A stretch of 64,000 nucleotides of DNA from positions 1-64,000 of the IMG/VR virus record IMGVR_UViG_3300029267_003762; one strand, 5' to 3'. Below are positions 35,494 to 44,445 of this stretch, piece by piece. The notes under the pieces are model-generated. The model was not told the DNA's origin. It did no database searches and saw only the letters and a list, made by a program, of their open reading frames with translations. Every line of letters begins with the position of its first letter. Position 1 is the first letter of the stretch. The DNA comes from a virus. The translations under genes were made by a program, and so were the position numbers.

Positions 35494-37173
35494 ATGGAGT
35501 CGCTAGGAAAAAGGGCGCTGGATGTGGCCTTCAAGGAGCTTGGGGTGGCGGAGGATCCGCCGCGCTCGAACACTGGGCCGCGGATCCGTGAGTACCTCGA
35601 GCCGTGTGTGCGGGGCGACCGCAACGTGAAGCTCGGGCTCAAGGCCTCGAACTGGTGCTTCACAGGAGACACCGAGATTCTGACGGAAGAGGGGTGGATG
35701 CGTTTGGATGACGTGTCCGAAGACGTTCAGGTAGCGCAGGTACATCCAAGGTCGATGCGCATCTCCCTCACCAGGACGGTCGCGGTCATCCACAAGGCGC
35801 ACAAGGGCGCTCTGGCGGTCATGAGTCGGCGATCTCTGCGTTTGGTGTCCGACCCGGAGCATAGGTACTTCGGCAAGTGGTGGGTGAGCGCTAGGAGTGG
35901 AAGAAAGGACGTACCGGAGGTGGAGCTGCGCCCCGTAGCAGACCTGACGGGTGCAGCAACGAAGCTGGTCGTTCCGCCCAGCCGCGGTCACTTCGAGTAC
36001 GAAAGTGGGTGGAGCAGGCGTGACTTGAAGCTGTTGGGAGCGTTCTTGGCAGACGGCAGCATCGTCAACGGGAAGTTGCAGTTTCAGGTCAGCAGGGCGG
36101 ACAAGATAGCGATGTTGCACGAGCTGGAACCTGACCGAGTCTGGGAAGCTCCCATGCCGTACGGGCCTAGGTCGAAGGAGGCTCTGACCAGTTTCTTCTT
36201 CGAGATGCCGTCGGAGTTTGCGGAGGCGTTCGATAAGTACAAAGTGCTGTCCCCCCGATTCATGTGGAACCTTCACAGGGAGCAGGCTGCTCTCGTGCTC
36301 GACACATGGGCGTCCTATGACGGCAGTGCTCGAGGCGGGTCCATTCGGCTGTCGCAGGCGTCCAAGGACAGGATCGACACGGCCCAGATGCTGGCCGTAC
36401 TGGCTGGGTATTCCGGTCAGACACAGAAGCCGAAACAGCTCGGTGAGTTCGGTTCGACCATGCACTTTCTGACGTACGTCAAAGGCCCGCGTAACACGGA
36501 GATCCTCGACAAGAACGTCCGCTTGACCGAAGAGCAAGAAGTAGACTTGTACTGCGTTCAGGTCCCCAGCGGGCTGATCATCGTCCGCCCTTCTGGGTAC
36601 GGTAGGGCGCTGGTGGTAGGCAACTGCATGGCGTTCTCGAGCTGGTGCATGACCGAGGCCCTCGAGGACGGCGAGGTCCCCCCTCACGGCTACCGTGCGG
36701 GGGTCGTCGAGGCTGTGGCTGACGTGCGCAGCCCGCACGCCAAGTTCTCGGGCGTTTGGCACCCGGTCGAGACGGTAAGAAAGAAGCTCTGGACGCCGTT
36801 CGAAGGAGACCTGGCCATCTGGGACCGGTCGACCACAGATCCGAACACGTCTTGGTGGCGGCACGTGAACCGGGTCGTGAAGTACGACGCCGGTGTCGGC
36901 GAGTTCGACACCATCGGCGGCAACGAACGGGACCAGGTGCGGGTCGCCGCACACCACGTGTCCGAGATCAAGCTGCTCGGCTTCATCGCCTACCCGCAGC
37001 CCGAGGACAAGCCCGAGCCCAAGCAGATCGACGCGCTGACGCACGCCAACCTGCTCGGACTCGTGGCCCGTACCATCGACGGAATGTTGCGCGACTCGCA
37101 CACCGAGATGATGGAGTCGCACCACATGGACGACGACGACGACGACGACTACGACGACGACTACGACGACTAG
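35494..37173 (+). CDS. CHAP-domain cell-wall hydrolase interrupted by an intein
   Basis: ELGV.E.P..SN.GP.I..Y; spliced junction W|CMAFSSWC; GDL.IW...HV..V...TIGGN. Confidence 0.85.
   Translation: MESLGKRALDVAFKELGVAEDPPRSNTGPRIREYLEPCVRGDRNVKLGLKASNWCFTGDTEILTEEGWMRLDDVSEDVQVAQVHPRSMRISLTRTVAVIHKAHKGALAVMSRRSLRLVSDPEHRYFGKWWVSARSGRKDVPEVELRPVADLTGAATKLVVPPSRGHFEYESGWSRRDLKLLGAFLADGSIVNGKLQFQVSRADKIAMLHELEPDRVWEAPMPYGPRSKEALTSFFFEMPSEFAEAFDKYKVLSPRFMWNLHREQAALVLDTWASYDGSARGGSIRLSQASKDRIDTAQMLAVLAGYSGQTQKPKQLGEFGSTMHFLTYVKGPRNTEILDKNVRLTEEQEVDLYCVQVPSGLIIVRPSGYGRALVVGNCMAFSSWCMTEALEDGEVPPHGYRAGVVEAVADVRSPHAKFSGVWHPVETVRKKLWTPFEGDLAIWDRSTTDPNTSWWRHVNRVVKYDAGVGEFDTIGGNERDQVRVAAHHVSEIKLLGFIAYPQPEDKPEPKQIDALTHANLLGLVARTIDGMLRDSHTEMMESHHMDDDDDDDYDDDYDD
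35656..36624 (+). mobile_element. intein (323 aa) with LAGLIDADG-type endonuclease
   Basis: N-term CFTGDTEILT; LLGAFLADGS; LYCVQVPSG..IVR; C-term VVGN followed by extein Cys. Confidence 0.92.
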
Positions 37174-37175
37174 CC

Positions 37176-38435
37176 CTACCTCTGAGTCGCCCTCTTGATG
37201 ATGTCGCTGAACTTCCTGACGTCCGGCGACTCCATCTTCGGATCCCTGATCACTGCGGTCAGGGCGTTCTCGAGCTCGGTGATGCGCTTCGAGCGCGCCT
37301 CGTTGCTCTCCCGAAGTTGCCTGATCGTCTCGATGTTGTTGGACAGCTCTGTTGCGTTGGCGTTGAGGGACTCGTGGAGCTTCTCGATGCGCCCGTCCAT
37401 CTCTGTGACGGTCGTCTGCAACTTCGTGTTCTTCTCCTTGAGCTTGCCGATACCCCTGCGGATCCTTGAGAACGCCTGCTCAACGGACTCTTCCTCGTCG
37501 GGAAGCGCGAGCTGGGACTGCACTCTCATGAGGTGGGCCTCGAGCTCGTTGCGGATGACGTCGACGACCGGCGTGAGCCTCAAGAGGCCCGTGCCGGTAC
37601 CGCCAAGCGAGTGGTACACCTCCTCCAGTGTGCCGGCGATGCGCTCGTAGGCTTCCACGGCGCTCTCATCCGGCCTGCTCTTCCCGATGGCGTCGCCAAT
37701 GGACACCAGTTGCGACATGAGCTTGCCGCTTGCCACCTTCTGGTTCTCGAGGTCTTGCACGACTCGTGCAGCGGCCTTGTCGACGAACTCGTCCCTGTGG
37801 GCCCCCAGGGTTGCGCGCGTGCGCCTCAGCACGTCGTGGTTCCATGAGTCGGTGTTCGGGTCCACCTCGATTGGCCTCTTCGCGAGCTCGTTGGCCGCCT
37901 CCATCGGGCCCTTGAGGTACTTCTCCAGCAGCCTGAAGTTGCCGTCGAGGTGGTCGCATGGAACGATGCCGCAGTGCTTGACCAGCGTTCGGACCTCGTA
38001 GTTGAGCGCTTCGATGTGCCCGTTGAGCAGTTGCGACAGTCCGGCGGCGCTGGTGACTGGGAGCTCTTGAGGCTCCTTGCCGACGTGCTTGAGCCCGTTG
38101 GTGATCGAGATGAGCGAGTCCTCCAGGGCCCCAACGAGCTTCTCATGCGTCTCCCTGCCCGACATCTTCTTGAGCTCCTCGATCTTCTCGACGAGCTGCC
38201 TCTCGTTGGAGTTCGGTTGGAGCCCAGCTGCGACGTTGACACGCTGGATGGCGGCGGAGAGCGTCGTGTGCATGGCTTGGTAGAGCCGAACGTGGTCTTT
38301 GAGGAGGTCCACTTGCTCAACGAGCTCATCGACCCGTGCGAGCTTTGCCCGCACGTACGCCCCGGTGACATCGACTTCGATGAAGTCCTTGTCGCCTTTG
38401 AGGGCCTCGAAGCCCTCTTTCGTTTTCTCTGTCAC
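37176..38435 (-). CDS. long coiled-coil protein directly downstream of the RAMP-like gene
   Basis: Heptad pattern throughout; GGAGGAAG RBS; 11 nt from the upstream stop. Confidence 0.7.
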   Translation of the reverse strand: MTEKTKEGFEALKGDKDFIEVDVTGAYVRAKLARVDELVEQVDLLKDHVRLYQAMHTTLSAAIQRVNVAAGLQPNSNERQLVEKIEELKKMSGRETHEKLVGALEDSLISITNGLKHVGKEPQELPVTSAAGLSQLLNGHIEALNYEVRTLVKHCGIVPCDHLDGNFRLLEKYLKGPMEAANELAKRPIEVDPNTDSWNHDVLRRTRATLGAHRDEFVDKAAARVVQDLENQKVASGKLMSQLVSIGDAIGKSRPDESAVEAYERIAGTLEEVYHSLGGTGTGLLRLTPVVDVIRNELEAHLMRVQSQLALPDEEESVEQAFSRIRRGIGKLKEKNTKLQTTVTEMDGRIEKLHESLNANATELSNNIETIRQLRESNEARSKRITELENALTAVIRDPKMESPDVRKFSDIIKRATQR

Positions 38436-38446
38436 TGCTTCCTCCT

Positions 38447-39340
38447 TCAGCTGACGCGGCCAGCAGTCTGCGTGTCATTCGAGGTGATGACGTCCTTGCG
38501 GGCGACCTTGCGTGCGGCCCTGCCCCTCGCAGGTGCCTTCGTAGTCTTCTTGGCCGCCGTCTTCTTCTCCTTGGGTTCTTTGCCGGCGACGCCGTCCTGC
38601 ACCTTCTCGACGTTGACGAGGCGGAACTTGCCCTCGCCGATGGAGCGGTCGGCCCACAGCCCATTCTCCTGGGCCAGGGTGAGGATGCGGACGAGCTCCT
38701 CCTCCTTGATGTGGCGCGTGTCGGCGGGGTGCGTGGGGGCGACCCACCAGTCGAACGTGCAGTACACGTCTGTGAGGTAGTCGGTCTTCTTGATCGCGGT
38801 CCTCGGGCCCTGCATGGTCATGACCTGGATCGCCCGCTCCTCGCAGCCGTCCGGCTCGGTCACGTACATGCGGCCGGCAGTGGTGATGCGGTAGAACAGA
38901 AGCTGGTTGCCGTGGTCCAGCCCCTCGGGCTTGATCTCGGTGCCGTGCTTGAGGTGTTCGGTCTTCGGGCGGTCCTGCAGGATCCTGTGCACCGAGACCG
39001 TCTCTTTGATGCACGCCTTCGGGCAGCGGGCGAACATGTACATCTGGCCCTCGGAGTTCCTGGGAAAGCCGATCCAGGAGCGCTCCTCCTTCTCCTGCCC
39101 CTCGATGGCCTCGAGGTTCTCTTCGTCCTGCTGCTCGGTGAGCTCGTCACGCTCTTTCACCTTCGTCTTGAGCTCGGCGTAGCTCTTCTTCGGCTTCTTC
39201 GCCTGCTGGTCGCCGGCGATGACGAGGGGGTTCAGGGGGTGGCCGCCGATGATGCGGTTCGGCGCCTCGACGACGATCGTGATGCGGTAGACGTCGTAGA
39301 ACTGCTTGGGGCTGGTGTCGTACTTGTCGAGTAGGTTCAT
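38447..39340 (-). CDS. stand-alone Cas7/RAMP-like protein
   Basis: N-terminal strand YRITI...IIGGHP; F.R...G.......KACIKE helix; thumb-like EERAIQVMTMQGPRTAIKKTD; C-terminal G-rich loop GLWADRSIGEGKF; basic tail; GAAGGAG RBS. Confidence 0.75.
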   Translation of the reverse strand: MNLLDKYDTSPKQFYDVYRITIVVEAPNRIIGGHPLNPLVIAGDQQAKKPKKSYAELKTKVKERDELTEQQDEENLEAIEGQEKEERSWIGFPRNSEGQMYMFARCPKACIKETVSVHRILQDRPKTEHLKHGTEIKPEGLDHGNQLLFYRITTAGRMYVTEPDGCEERAIQVMTMQGPRTAIKKTDYLTDVYCTFDWWVAPTHPADTRHIKEEELVRILTLAQENGLWADRSIGEGKFRLVNVEKVQDGVAGKEPKEKKTAAKKTTKAPARGRAARKVARKDVITSNDTQTAGRVS

Positions 39341-39394
39341 CTTCTATCTCCTTCAGGTAGTGATTGGTTCAAGGAAGAAGTAAGGAAGCTGCTT

Positions 39395-40448
39395 GGACAG
39401 GCTAGGCCTGTCGCCAGGGTTGCCGTGACCAGGCGCGTCGATCGGCAAGGGGAGGTGTGGCAAGTCACTGGCACCGGTTCAGGCGGGTAGGTCGATTGGT
39501 TTGGTCAGAAGTGGTGAGGCATGTCGCACGGGTGGGATGGAGCGGGCACGGTTCGTCGGGCGGCAAGGTGAGGTGCGAGAAGGCACGTCGGCGGGCACGA
39601 GAAGGTCCGGCGCAGTGCGTCGACCGAGTGGGCATGACTTGGCTGATCGATAGGGACGGCCCGACCAGGCTCGTCGGACGAGAAGGAATGGCGCGGTATG
39701 TCGTACGGCATGATGTGGGCTTGGCGGGATTGGGGTGAATAGTCGACCAGTTCGGATGAATCAGGCACGTCGAAGAGTCCGGTAAGGCATGGCCCGTCGT
39801 GTGTCCTGGTCTGCCTTGGCATGTCCTGCGATGGGGCGTGCATCGGTTCGTCGCAAAGCTGGGCGTGGTTCGGTTCGTCGACCGGAGTGATTCGTTGAGG
39901 AACGGATTGTCGATCGTGTCTGGTCGGGACCGGTTTGGGCCGTCGCATGAACCTGAACTGGGAAGGCATGTCGACTGGTCCGGCGAGGTAAGGTACGTCG
40001 GATGGGCCGGATGAGTGGGGCACAGCTCGTCGCGTGAGTCGTAAGACACGAACTGGTGAGGCATGGGTTGTCGAGCGGGCCGGTACGACTTTAGCACGGA
40101 ACGTCGAATGGCCAAGCAAGGTACGGTTTGTCGCATGGGAAGGCTGGGAACGGATCGATGGTGGTCAGTCGCGTGGCGTGGTGCGGGTCGGATCGGATGG
40201 TTCAGCCCTGGCCAGTCGAAGGATCGGGAGTGGTGGGGCCTGTCGGCTGGGACGGGTCGGAAGGGTTTGGTGAGTCGCCTGGGCTGGCATGTGCGGGTCC
40301 GGAGTGTCAGACGGTTTGGCGTGGTCAGTCCCCTAGTTCGATACGGAGTGTCGGACGGGTGGACCGGGAGTGGCCCGTCGGATGGACTGGAGAGGAGTGG
40401 GCGGGTTCGGAGTGTCGGTAGGGTCGGTGCGCCGCAGCGAGGCATGTC
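39395..40448. repeat. array of 34 units GTCGNNN+(GGNNN)n with 5-nt periodicity; candidate guide-RNA array
   Basis: Unit starts at 39410, 39437, 39464, 39491, 39523, 39555, 39587, 39619 ... 40377, 40414, terminal GTC at 40446; 30 of 34 units are exactly 7+5n nt. Confidence 0.9.
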
Positions 40449-40755
40449 AAAAGGGCGGCTCCTCGTCACCGTCTACCACAGGCAGGTCCCGGAGGTAGTC
40501 ATCGAGCTCGAGGGGCCATGGTGGCAATCCGCTACCGCATCGGCCGCTGCCGTGGCGGTGCGGGAAAGGGTAAGCATCACAGCCGCAGACTCCGTACTTG
40601 TCGAACTGCACGGTCCTCATCCACTTGCAGAGAGGGCGGCCCGGTCGGCACTCCGGCATGTGCACGACCACGGTCCTGTTCACCACGTAGCACCTCCCGC
40701 CGCCTGCCTCGAGCTCGCGGGTGGTTCGCGCCCTCTTGTGAACGAGCTTACTCAT
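40447..40755 (-). CDS. small Cys/His-rich protein
   Basis: C.CDAYPFPHR.GSG.C motif; its TGA overlaps the last GTC of the array. Confidence 0.6.
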   Translation of the reverse strand: MSKLVHKRARTTRELEAGGGRCYVVNRTVVVHMPECRPGRPLCKWMRTVQFDKYGVCGCDAYPFPHRHGSGRCGSGLPPWPLELDDYLRDLPVVDGDEEPPF

Positions 40756-41002
40756 TCTTCGTTGCGAGGTTCATCTTGCTGATTGGGATGTTGAGGTACT
40801 CACGTACCTTCTCCGATTCCTCGTGCGAAAGGGCCCGCGGAACGCCCTCGCACAGGTGCTTGCCGATGGCGTAGTGCCTGTCGACGTCGTTCCTCAACAG
40901 CCGTCCGCATCGCGGGCAATAGTACATCGGACGGCTGTCCTTGCGGGCAGCGTTGTACGCCATCCGAAGGTGATTCCTCGGATACACGGACAGGTTGAGC
41001 AT
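40748..41002 (-). CDS. small zinc-finger protein
   Basis: CPRC..H..H.C; AAAGGAGG RBS. Confidence 0.6.
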   Translation of the reverse strand: MLNLSVYPRNHLRMAYNAARKDSRPMYYCPRCGRLLRNDVDRHYAIGKHLCEGVPRALSHEESEKVREYLNIPISKMNLATKNE

Positions 41003-41176
41003 GGTTCCTCCTTTCGTGAGGTAGGGGCTGAGAGCGCTGCTCTTATGCCCCCAGTCTTCTTCTTTTTGCGCAGAAACAGAACAGAGGTTGACCGGACGGG
41101 CAAGACGACCTACGCTGCGCTCAATCCAACCGTACCGAAGGCCTTCTCAGGAAGGCTTTTTGCGTAGGAGAGCACC

Positions 41177-42049
41177 ATGTTGAGCAAGTTCGCTGAGATG
41201 ATCTTCACTCTTCTTCTGGCTTTCGGTGGCGAGAAGTACGCAGGCAACAGTCCGTACAGCTTCGAGATCGCTCAGGGCTGTGGGACGAACCAGGGCTCGC
41301 CGGCGTGCGCGCTCACGCCTCAATGCGAGGTCAAGGCTTGGAGGTGTGCGCCGCCGCGCTGGTCTCCGGCCCGGGAGGCTTGGGTCCTTCCTGAGAGCAG
41401 CGCGAAGGCCAAGGAGCGGTACCACAAGATCGCCGAGTCGATCGCCAGGGTGTCGTTCTGGCATGCCAGGTGCCGGGATGAATGGGGAACCGTGAGGGAG
41501 GACTGCACGCCCAGCGGCTGGCCCGAGGGGCCCGAAAGCCTGGCGCGCGTCGCGGCCACAACAGCCTTGTGGGAGAGCGGCCTGCGGGAGGACATCATGT
41601 TCGGGCACGCCCCGATGGGCCGCGGCGCCATGGGGGAGACGTGCCTCGCCCAGATCATGCCCAACCAGATCCGTCAGTTCGCCTCGTGGATACCCCAGGA
41701 TGAGCTCGACACCTACGACAAGCTGCCGCTCGGCAAGGAGCGGGCCGAGTGGGACGAGAAGTGGGCGCAGCGGATGCTCGGCGACTCCCCACAAGAACTC
41801 GATCGGTGCTTCGACGTCGCGCTGCGCGCACTCGCTCGGGCCCGAGGGGCCTGCGTCGGTCGACAGGGCGGCGGATGGGCCTACAAGATGTGGGCGATGT
41901 ACGGCACGGGCAACCGCTGCTCGAGCTTCGGCATCCACGACGACTTCGCCGCCAAGCGCGCCAGCACCTATCACCGGATGAAGAGCTACAAGCCCTCCCC
42001 TGGCGCCGCCCCGCAGACCCCCGTTCCGGAGAAAACCGCTTCAAACTAG
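41177..42049 (+). CDS. secreted Cys-rich protein, possible lysozyme/transglycosylase fold
   Basis: N-terminal signal-like helix; A.WESG.......G...G..CLAQI. Confidence 0.55.
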   Translation: MLSKFAEMIFTLLLAFGGEKYAGNSPYSFEIAQGCGTNQGSPACALTPQCEVKAWRCAPPRWSPAREAWVLPESSAKAKERYHKIAESIARVSFWHARCRDEWGTVREDCTPSGWPEGPESLARVAATTALWESGLREDIMFGHAPMGRGAMGETCLAQIMPNQIRQFASWIPQDELDTYDKLPLGKERAEWDEKWAQRMLGDSPQELDRCFDVALRALARARGACVGRQGGGWAYKMWAMYGTGNRCSSFGIHDDFAAKRASTYHRMKSYKPSPGAAPQTPVPEKTASN

Positions 42050-42083
42050 GAGTTAGAGAAAGGGCGGCCGGGGCCGCCCGCGC

Positions 42084-42395
42084 TTACCTGTGGCGAGGCC
42101 ACAGGCAGTCGTAGTCGTTTCTGACTACCTGTTGGCAGGTCTCCGGCAGATCCTCGAACCGTATCTTCTTGCCCAGATGCCTGTATCTTGGTCTGTCGAT
42201 CTGCACGTCACTGAACCCGTGCATGCCGATGCCTTGTGGATGGGTTGGGTATGGTGACATTCCCAAGTACATGAACTGGCCGCCCACACGCTTTCGCGTG
42301 AAGACTACCGTGTACCTGTCAGCAGTGGTGCCGCCATTGTCGTAGCAGCGCACGTATCTCGGGCTCACAGCTCCAATCTCCTCGAGGCTTTTCAT
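42084..42395 (-). CDS. conserved phage hypothetical protein
   Basis: YDNGG.T.DRYTVV...HPQG...HLGK.I.F.DLP. Confidence 0.7.
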   Translation of the reverse strand: MKSLEEIGAVSPRYVRCYDNGGTTADRYTVVFTRKRVGGQFMYLGMSPYPTHPQGIGMHGFSDVQIDRPRYRHLGKKIRFEDLPETCQQVVRNDYDCLWPRHR

Positions 42396-42925
42396 GTGGT
42401 CAGCTCCTCATAGAGCTTGTAGATTCGATGGATGTTGCGGGCGATCATGGGTCTTCCGCGTTTGAACTGCAGTCTTGAGGTCTTGTACCCGAGCTTCTCT
42501 GCGAGGAAAGCCTCGGTGTAACCCTCGTTTTTGAGCAGTTCGAGCTTTCGCAGGGCCCTGGTGGAGCCCATGATGGTCACTTCGTTGGGAACGTCCGCAG
42601 TCACGGCGAGAATGGCCTCTTCGGTCTTCTTGCGAATCTGCTTCTTCGTGCCGTTGCGGATGCGTCGAAGTGTGGTGTCACCGACTCCGGAGATGTCCTG
42701 GATGGTCCGTCGGCCGATGCCCTTCTTCGAGAGTTTGAGCATGTGCGCCCGGGCCTTGTCGGCCGGCACGAGGCCATTCCAGTCCCCGCCACGGTTGTAC
42801 TTCTGCCTCATGCGCGCGTAGGAACGATTGGCCTCGCTGCACGGCTCACAGCGACACCCCGTGACGTAGCGCGCCCGCGTCCCGTGCTCAAACCGCTCGG
42901 GACCGGGCATGTCCTTGGGCCTCAT
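42392..42925 (-). CDS. HTH DNA-binding protein with HGT...GCRC..C N-terminus
   Basis: HGTRARYVTGCRCEPC; GIGRRTIQDISGVGDTTLRRI HTH. Confidence 0.7.
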   Translation of the reverse strand: MRPKDMPGPERFEHGTRARYVTGCRCEPCSEANRSYARMRQKYNRGGDWNGLVPADKARAHMLKLSKKGIGRRTIQDISGVGDTTLRRIRNGTKKQIRKKTEEAILAVTADVPNEVTIMGSTRALRKLELLKNEGYTEAFLAEKLGYKTSRLQFKRGRPMIARNIHRIYKLYEELTT

Positions 42926-43656
42926 ACCTCGTAGACGTCGCTGTGGACCGGGCGGCGAAGATGCCTATAGACCACGATGACTCGGTCCAGATGTACCTCA
43001 ATGCGGTCGACCGGAGCCACGACGGAGTCGATGATGGACAACACGAGCTCGTAGTGTTTGGAATTGGGGGGCAGAGGTTCGTTGTTCAGCATCCACGAGT
43101 TCGGGTTTTGGAGGGTCGTGGCGACGTCCCCAGGCACGATGACCTGGAAGCCCTTGATGGAGGCCACGTAGGAGACCACTCGAGGGTCGCGGGTGACTGG
43201 CTGGAACTCGTTCTGGTGGTCGAGCACCTCCTGGATCTGCGGCGGTTGCCAGTTCGGCGGCTTGAGCCACTTGCCATCCTCGCGCTTGGTGGCGCCGGGG
43301 CCGAACTTGGCCATGTTGGCCCGATGGACCTCGGCGGCGATGCGCGGGCCGTGGATGCCGAACGTCTGCCTGGCGCCTTCTACGACGTAGTCGATGTCCG
43401 CCAGCGCGTCGGCCACGAGGCAGACGTCCCATTCGTCGTCGGGCGCCTCTTCGAGCAGCTCCTCGACGGAGTCGCGCACGTTCGTCACGAGGTGCGGCGC
43501 CCCGCCCATGTAGCAGGCGTCCAGCAGCTCCGTGCACTCTTCGCAGATGAGGCGCAGGCGCAGGATGATCTCGTCCTTGGTAGGCTTGCGGGGGCTGTCG
43601 TAGCAGGGCTGATCAGCCTTCTTCATGAACTCGCGTACTTGCTGCCTGATGTTCAC
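42922..43656 (-). CDS. MazG-like (PRA-PH family) nucleoside triphosphate pyrophosphohydrolase
   Basis: V.EF; LR.RLI.EE..EL; DALADIDYV..G; EVH.ANMAK; REDGK.LKP..W.PP. Confidence 0.85.
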   Translation of the reverse strand: MNIRQQVREFMKKADQPCYDSPRKPTKDEIILRLRLICEECTELLDACYMGGAPHLVTNVRDSVEELLEEAPDDEWDVCLVADALADIDYVVEGARQTFGIHGPRIAAEVHRANMAKFGPGATKREDGKWLKPPNWQPPQIQEVLDHQNEFQPVTRDPRVVSYVASIKGFQVIVPGDVATTLQNPNSWMLNNEPLPPNSKHYELVLSIIDSVVAPVDRIEVHLDRVIVVYRHLRRPVHSDVYEV

Positions 43657-44093
43657 TTCTGTCTCCTTTCCGTTGGAAGGTCGTCCAAGATGGCCTGGAT
43701 GTAGTCGCTCTTGAACTTCTCCCTCTTTCTGTTCGTGTAGTCGGCGTCGTTGAGCTTCCTCGCGATCTCCTTGAGCGAGTAGTGCCCAAGCATCCTTTTG
43801 ATGAGAACGATGATGTTCTGCTCGTACGGGTGGCTGACGAGCATGGTTCCGTGGTTGCTTTCTCGGTACCGATAGCCGTACGGAGGCTTGAACCTGACGG
43901 GGGCCTTCGTTCCGCCGTACCACCCGACGTACAGCTTCTTGTGCCACTCGTTGCCAGGCGGGTAGATGTCCAGCAGCTCGAACAAGGCGAGCTCGGCATC
44001 TACCTTGTTGTGGAACGTCCTTGGGAAGTACGGTCGGCGGTTGTGCATCACCGCCCAGCCCGGCCCAACGACGTCATCCTCTTTGGGAGGCAT
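43653..44093 (-). CDS. protein with serine-recombinase DNA-binding domain only
   Basis: PPYGYR...P.EQ.I......SL.EIA..LN.......R...F; no catalytic resolvase domain. Confidence 0.6.
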   Translation of the reverse strand: MPPKEDDVVGPGWAVMHNRRPYFPRTFHNKVDAELALFELLDIYPPGNEWHKKLYVGWYGGTKAPVRFKPPYGYRYRESNHGTMLVSHPYEQNIIVLIKRMLGHYSLKEIARKLNDADYTNRKREKFKSDYIQAILDDLPTERRQK

Positions 44094-44370
44094 GCTCTAG
44101 CACCATGGCCACGTCGCACTCCCGGCGCGCCGAGGACTTGTAGATGACGATGACGATGGCTTGGTGGACTTCGACACGCTCGACGGGGGAGCTCGTTTCT
44201 GTGAGAAGCGCGTCCACAGCCTCTCTCCATTCCGCCCCCGGGGTGTCGCGGCTGTAGCAGTAGCCGCGGAAGGCCCTGTTCTTGCCCTTCATGTCAGGGG
44301 CCAGCCACACTTCTGTTCCCCACAGGACGAACACTTCGGGCGGAGCTACATTCTCTTTCTTTCTGCTCAT
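44074..44370 (-). CDS. hypothetical protein
   Basis: GGAGG RBS; PVERVEVH segment resembles the C-terminus of the 42922-43656 protein. Confidence 0.55.
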   Translation of the reverse strand: MSRKKENVAPPEVFVLWGTEVWLAPDMKGKNRAFRGYCYSRDTPGAEWREAVDALLTETSSPVERVEVHQAIVIVIYKSSARRECDVAMVLEHASQRG

Positions 44371-44387
44371 CTTCCTCCACAAACGAC

Positions 44388-44412
44388 AAAAGGCGCCCTT
44401 GCGAGGCGCCCT
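44388..44412 (-). terminator. intrinsic terminator
   Basis: GGCGCC-loop-GGCGCC-TTTT on the minus strand. Confidence 0.5.
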
Positions 44413-44445
44413 CGGTCTTTCGTTCGGGGTTTTCAGTCTACGAGG

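Noticed and set aside
39395-40448. Classical CRISPR array
   Set aside because: There is no 23-47-nt identical repeat; the constant parts are only GTCG and interspersed GG dinucleotides.
39465-40469. 334-aa minus-strand ORF and other ORFs over the array
   Set aside because: Pro/Arg/Thr-rich low-complexity translations with no clear RBS; a 5-nt period and 7+5n units do not fit codon structure.
43653-44093. Integrase or prophage boundary
   Set aside because: No catalytic serine-recombinase domain, and no att-like repeat or host genes nearby.
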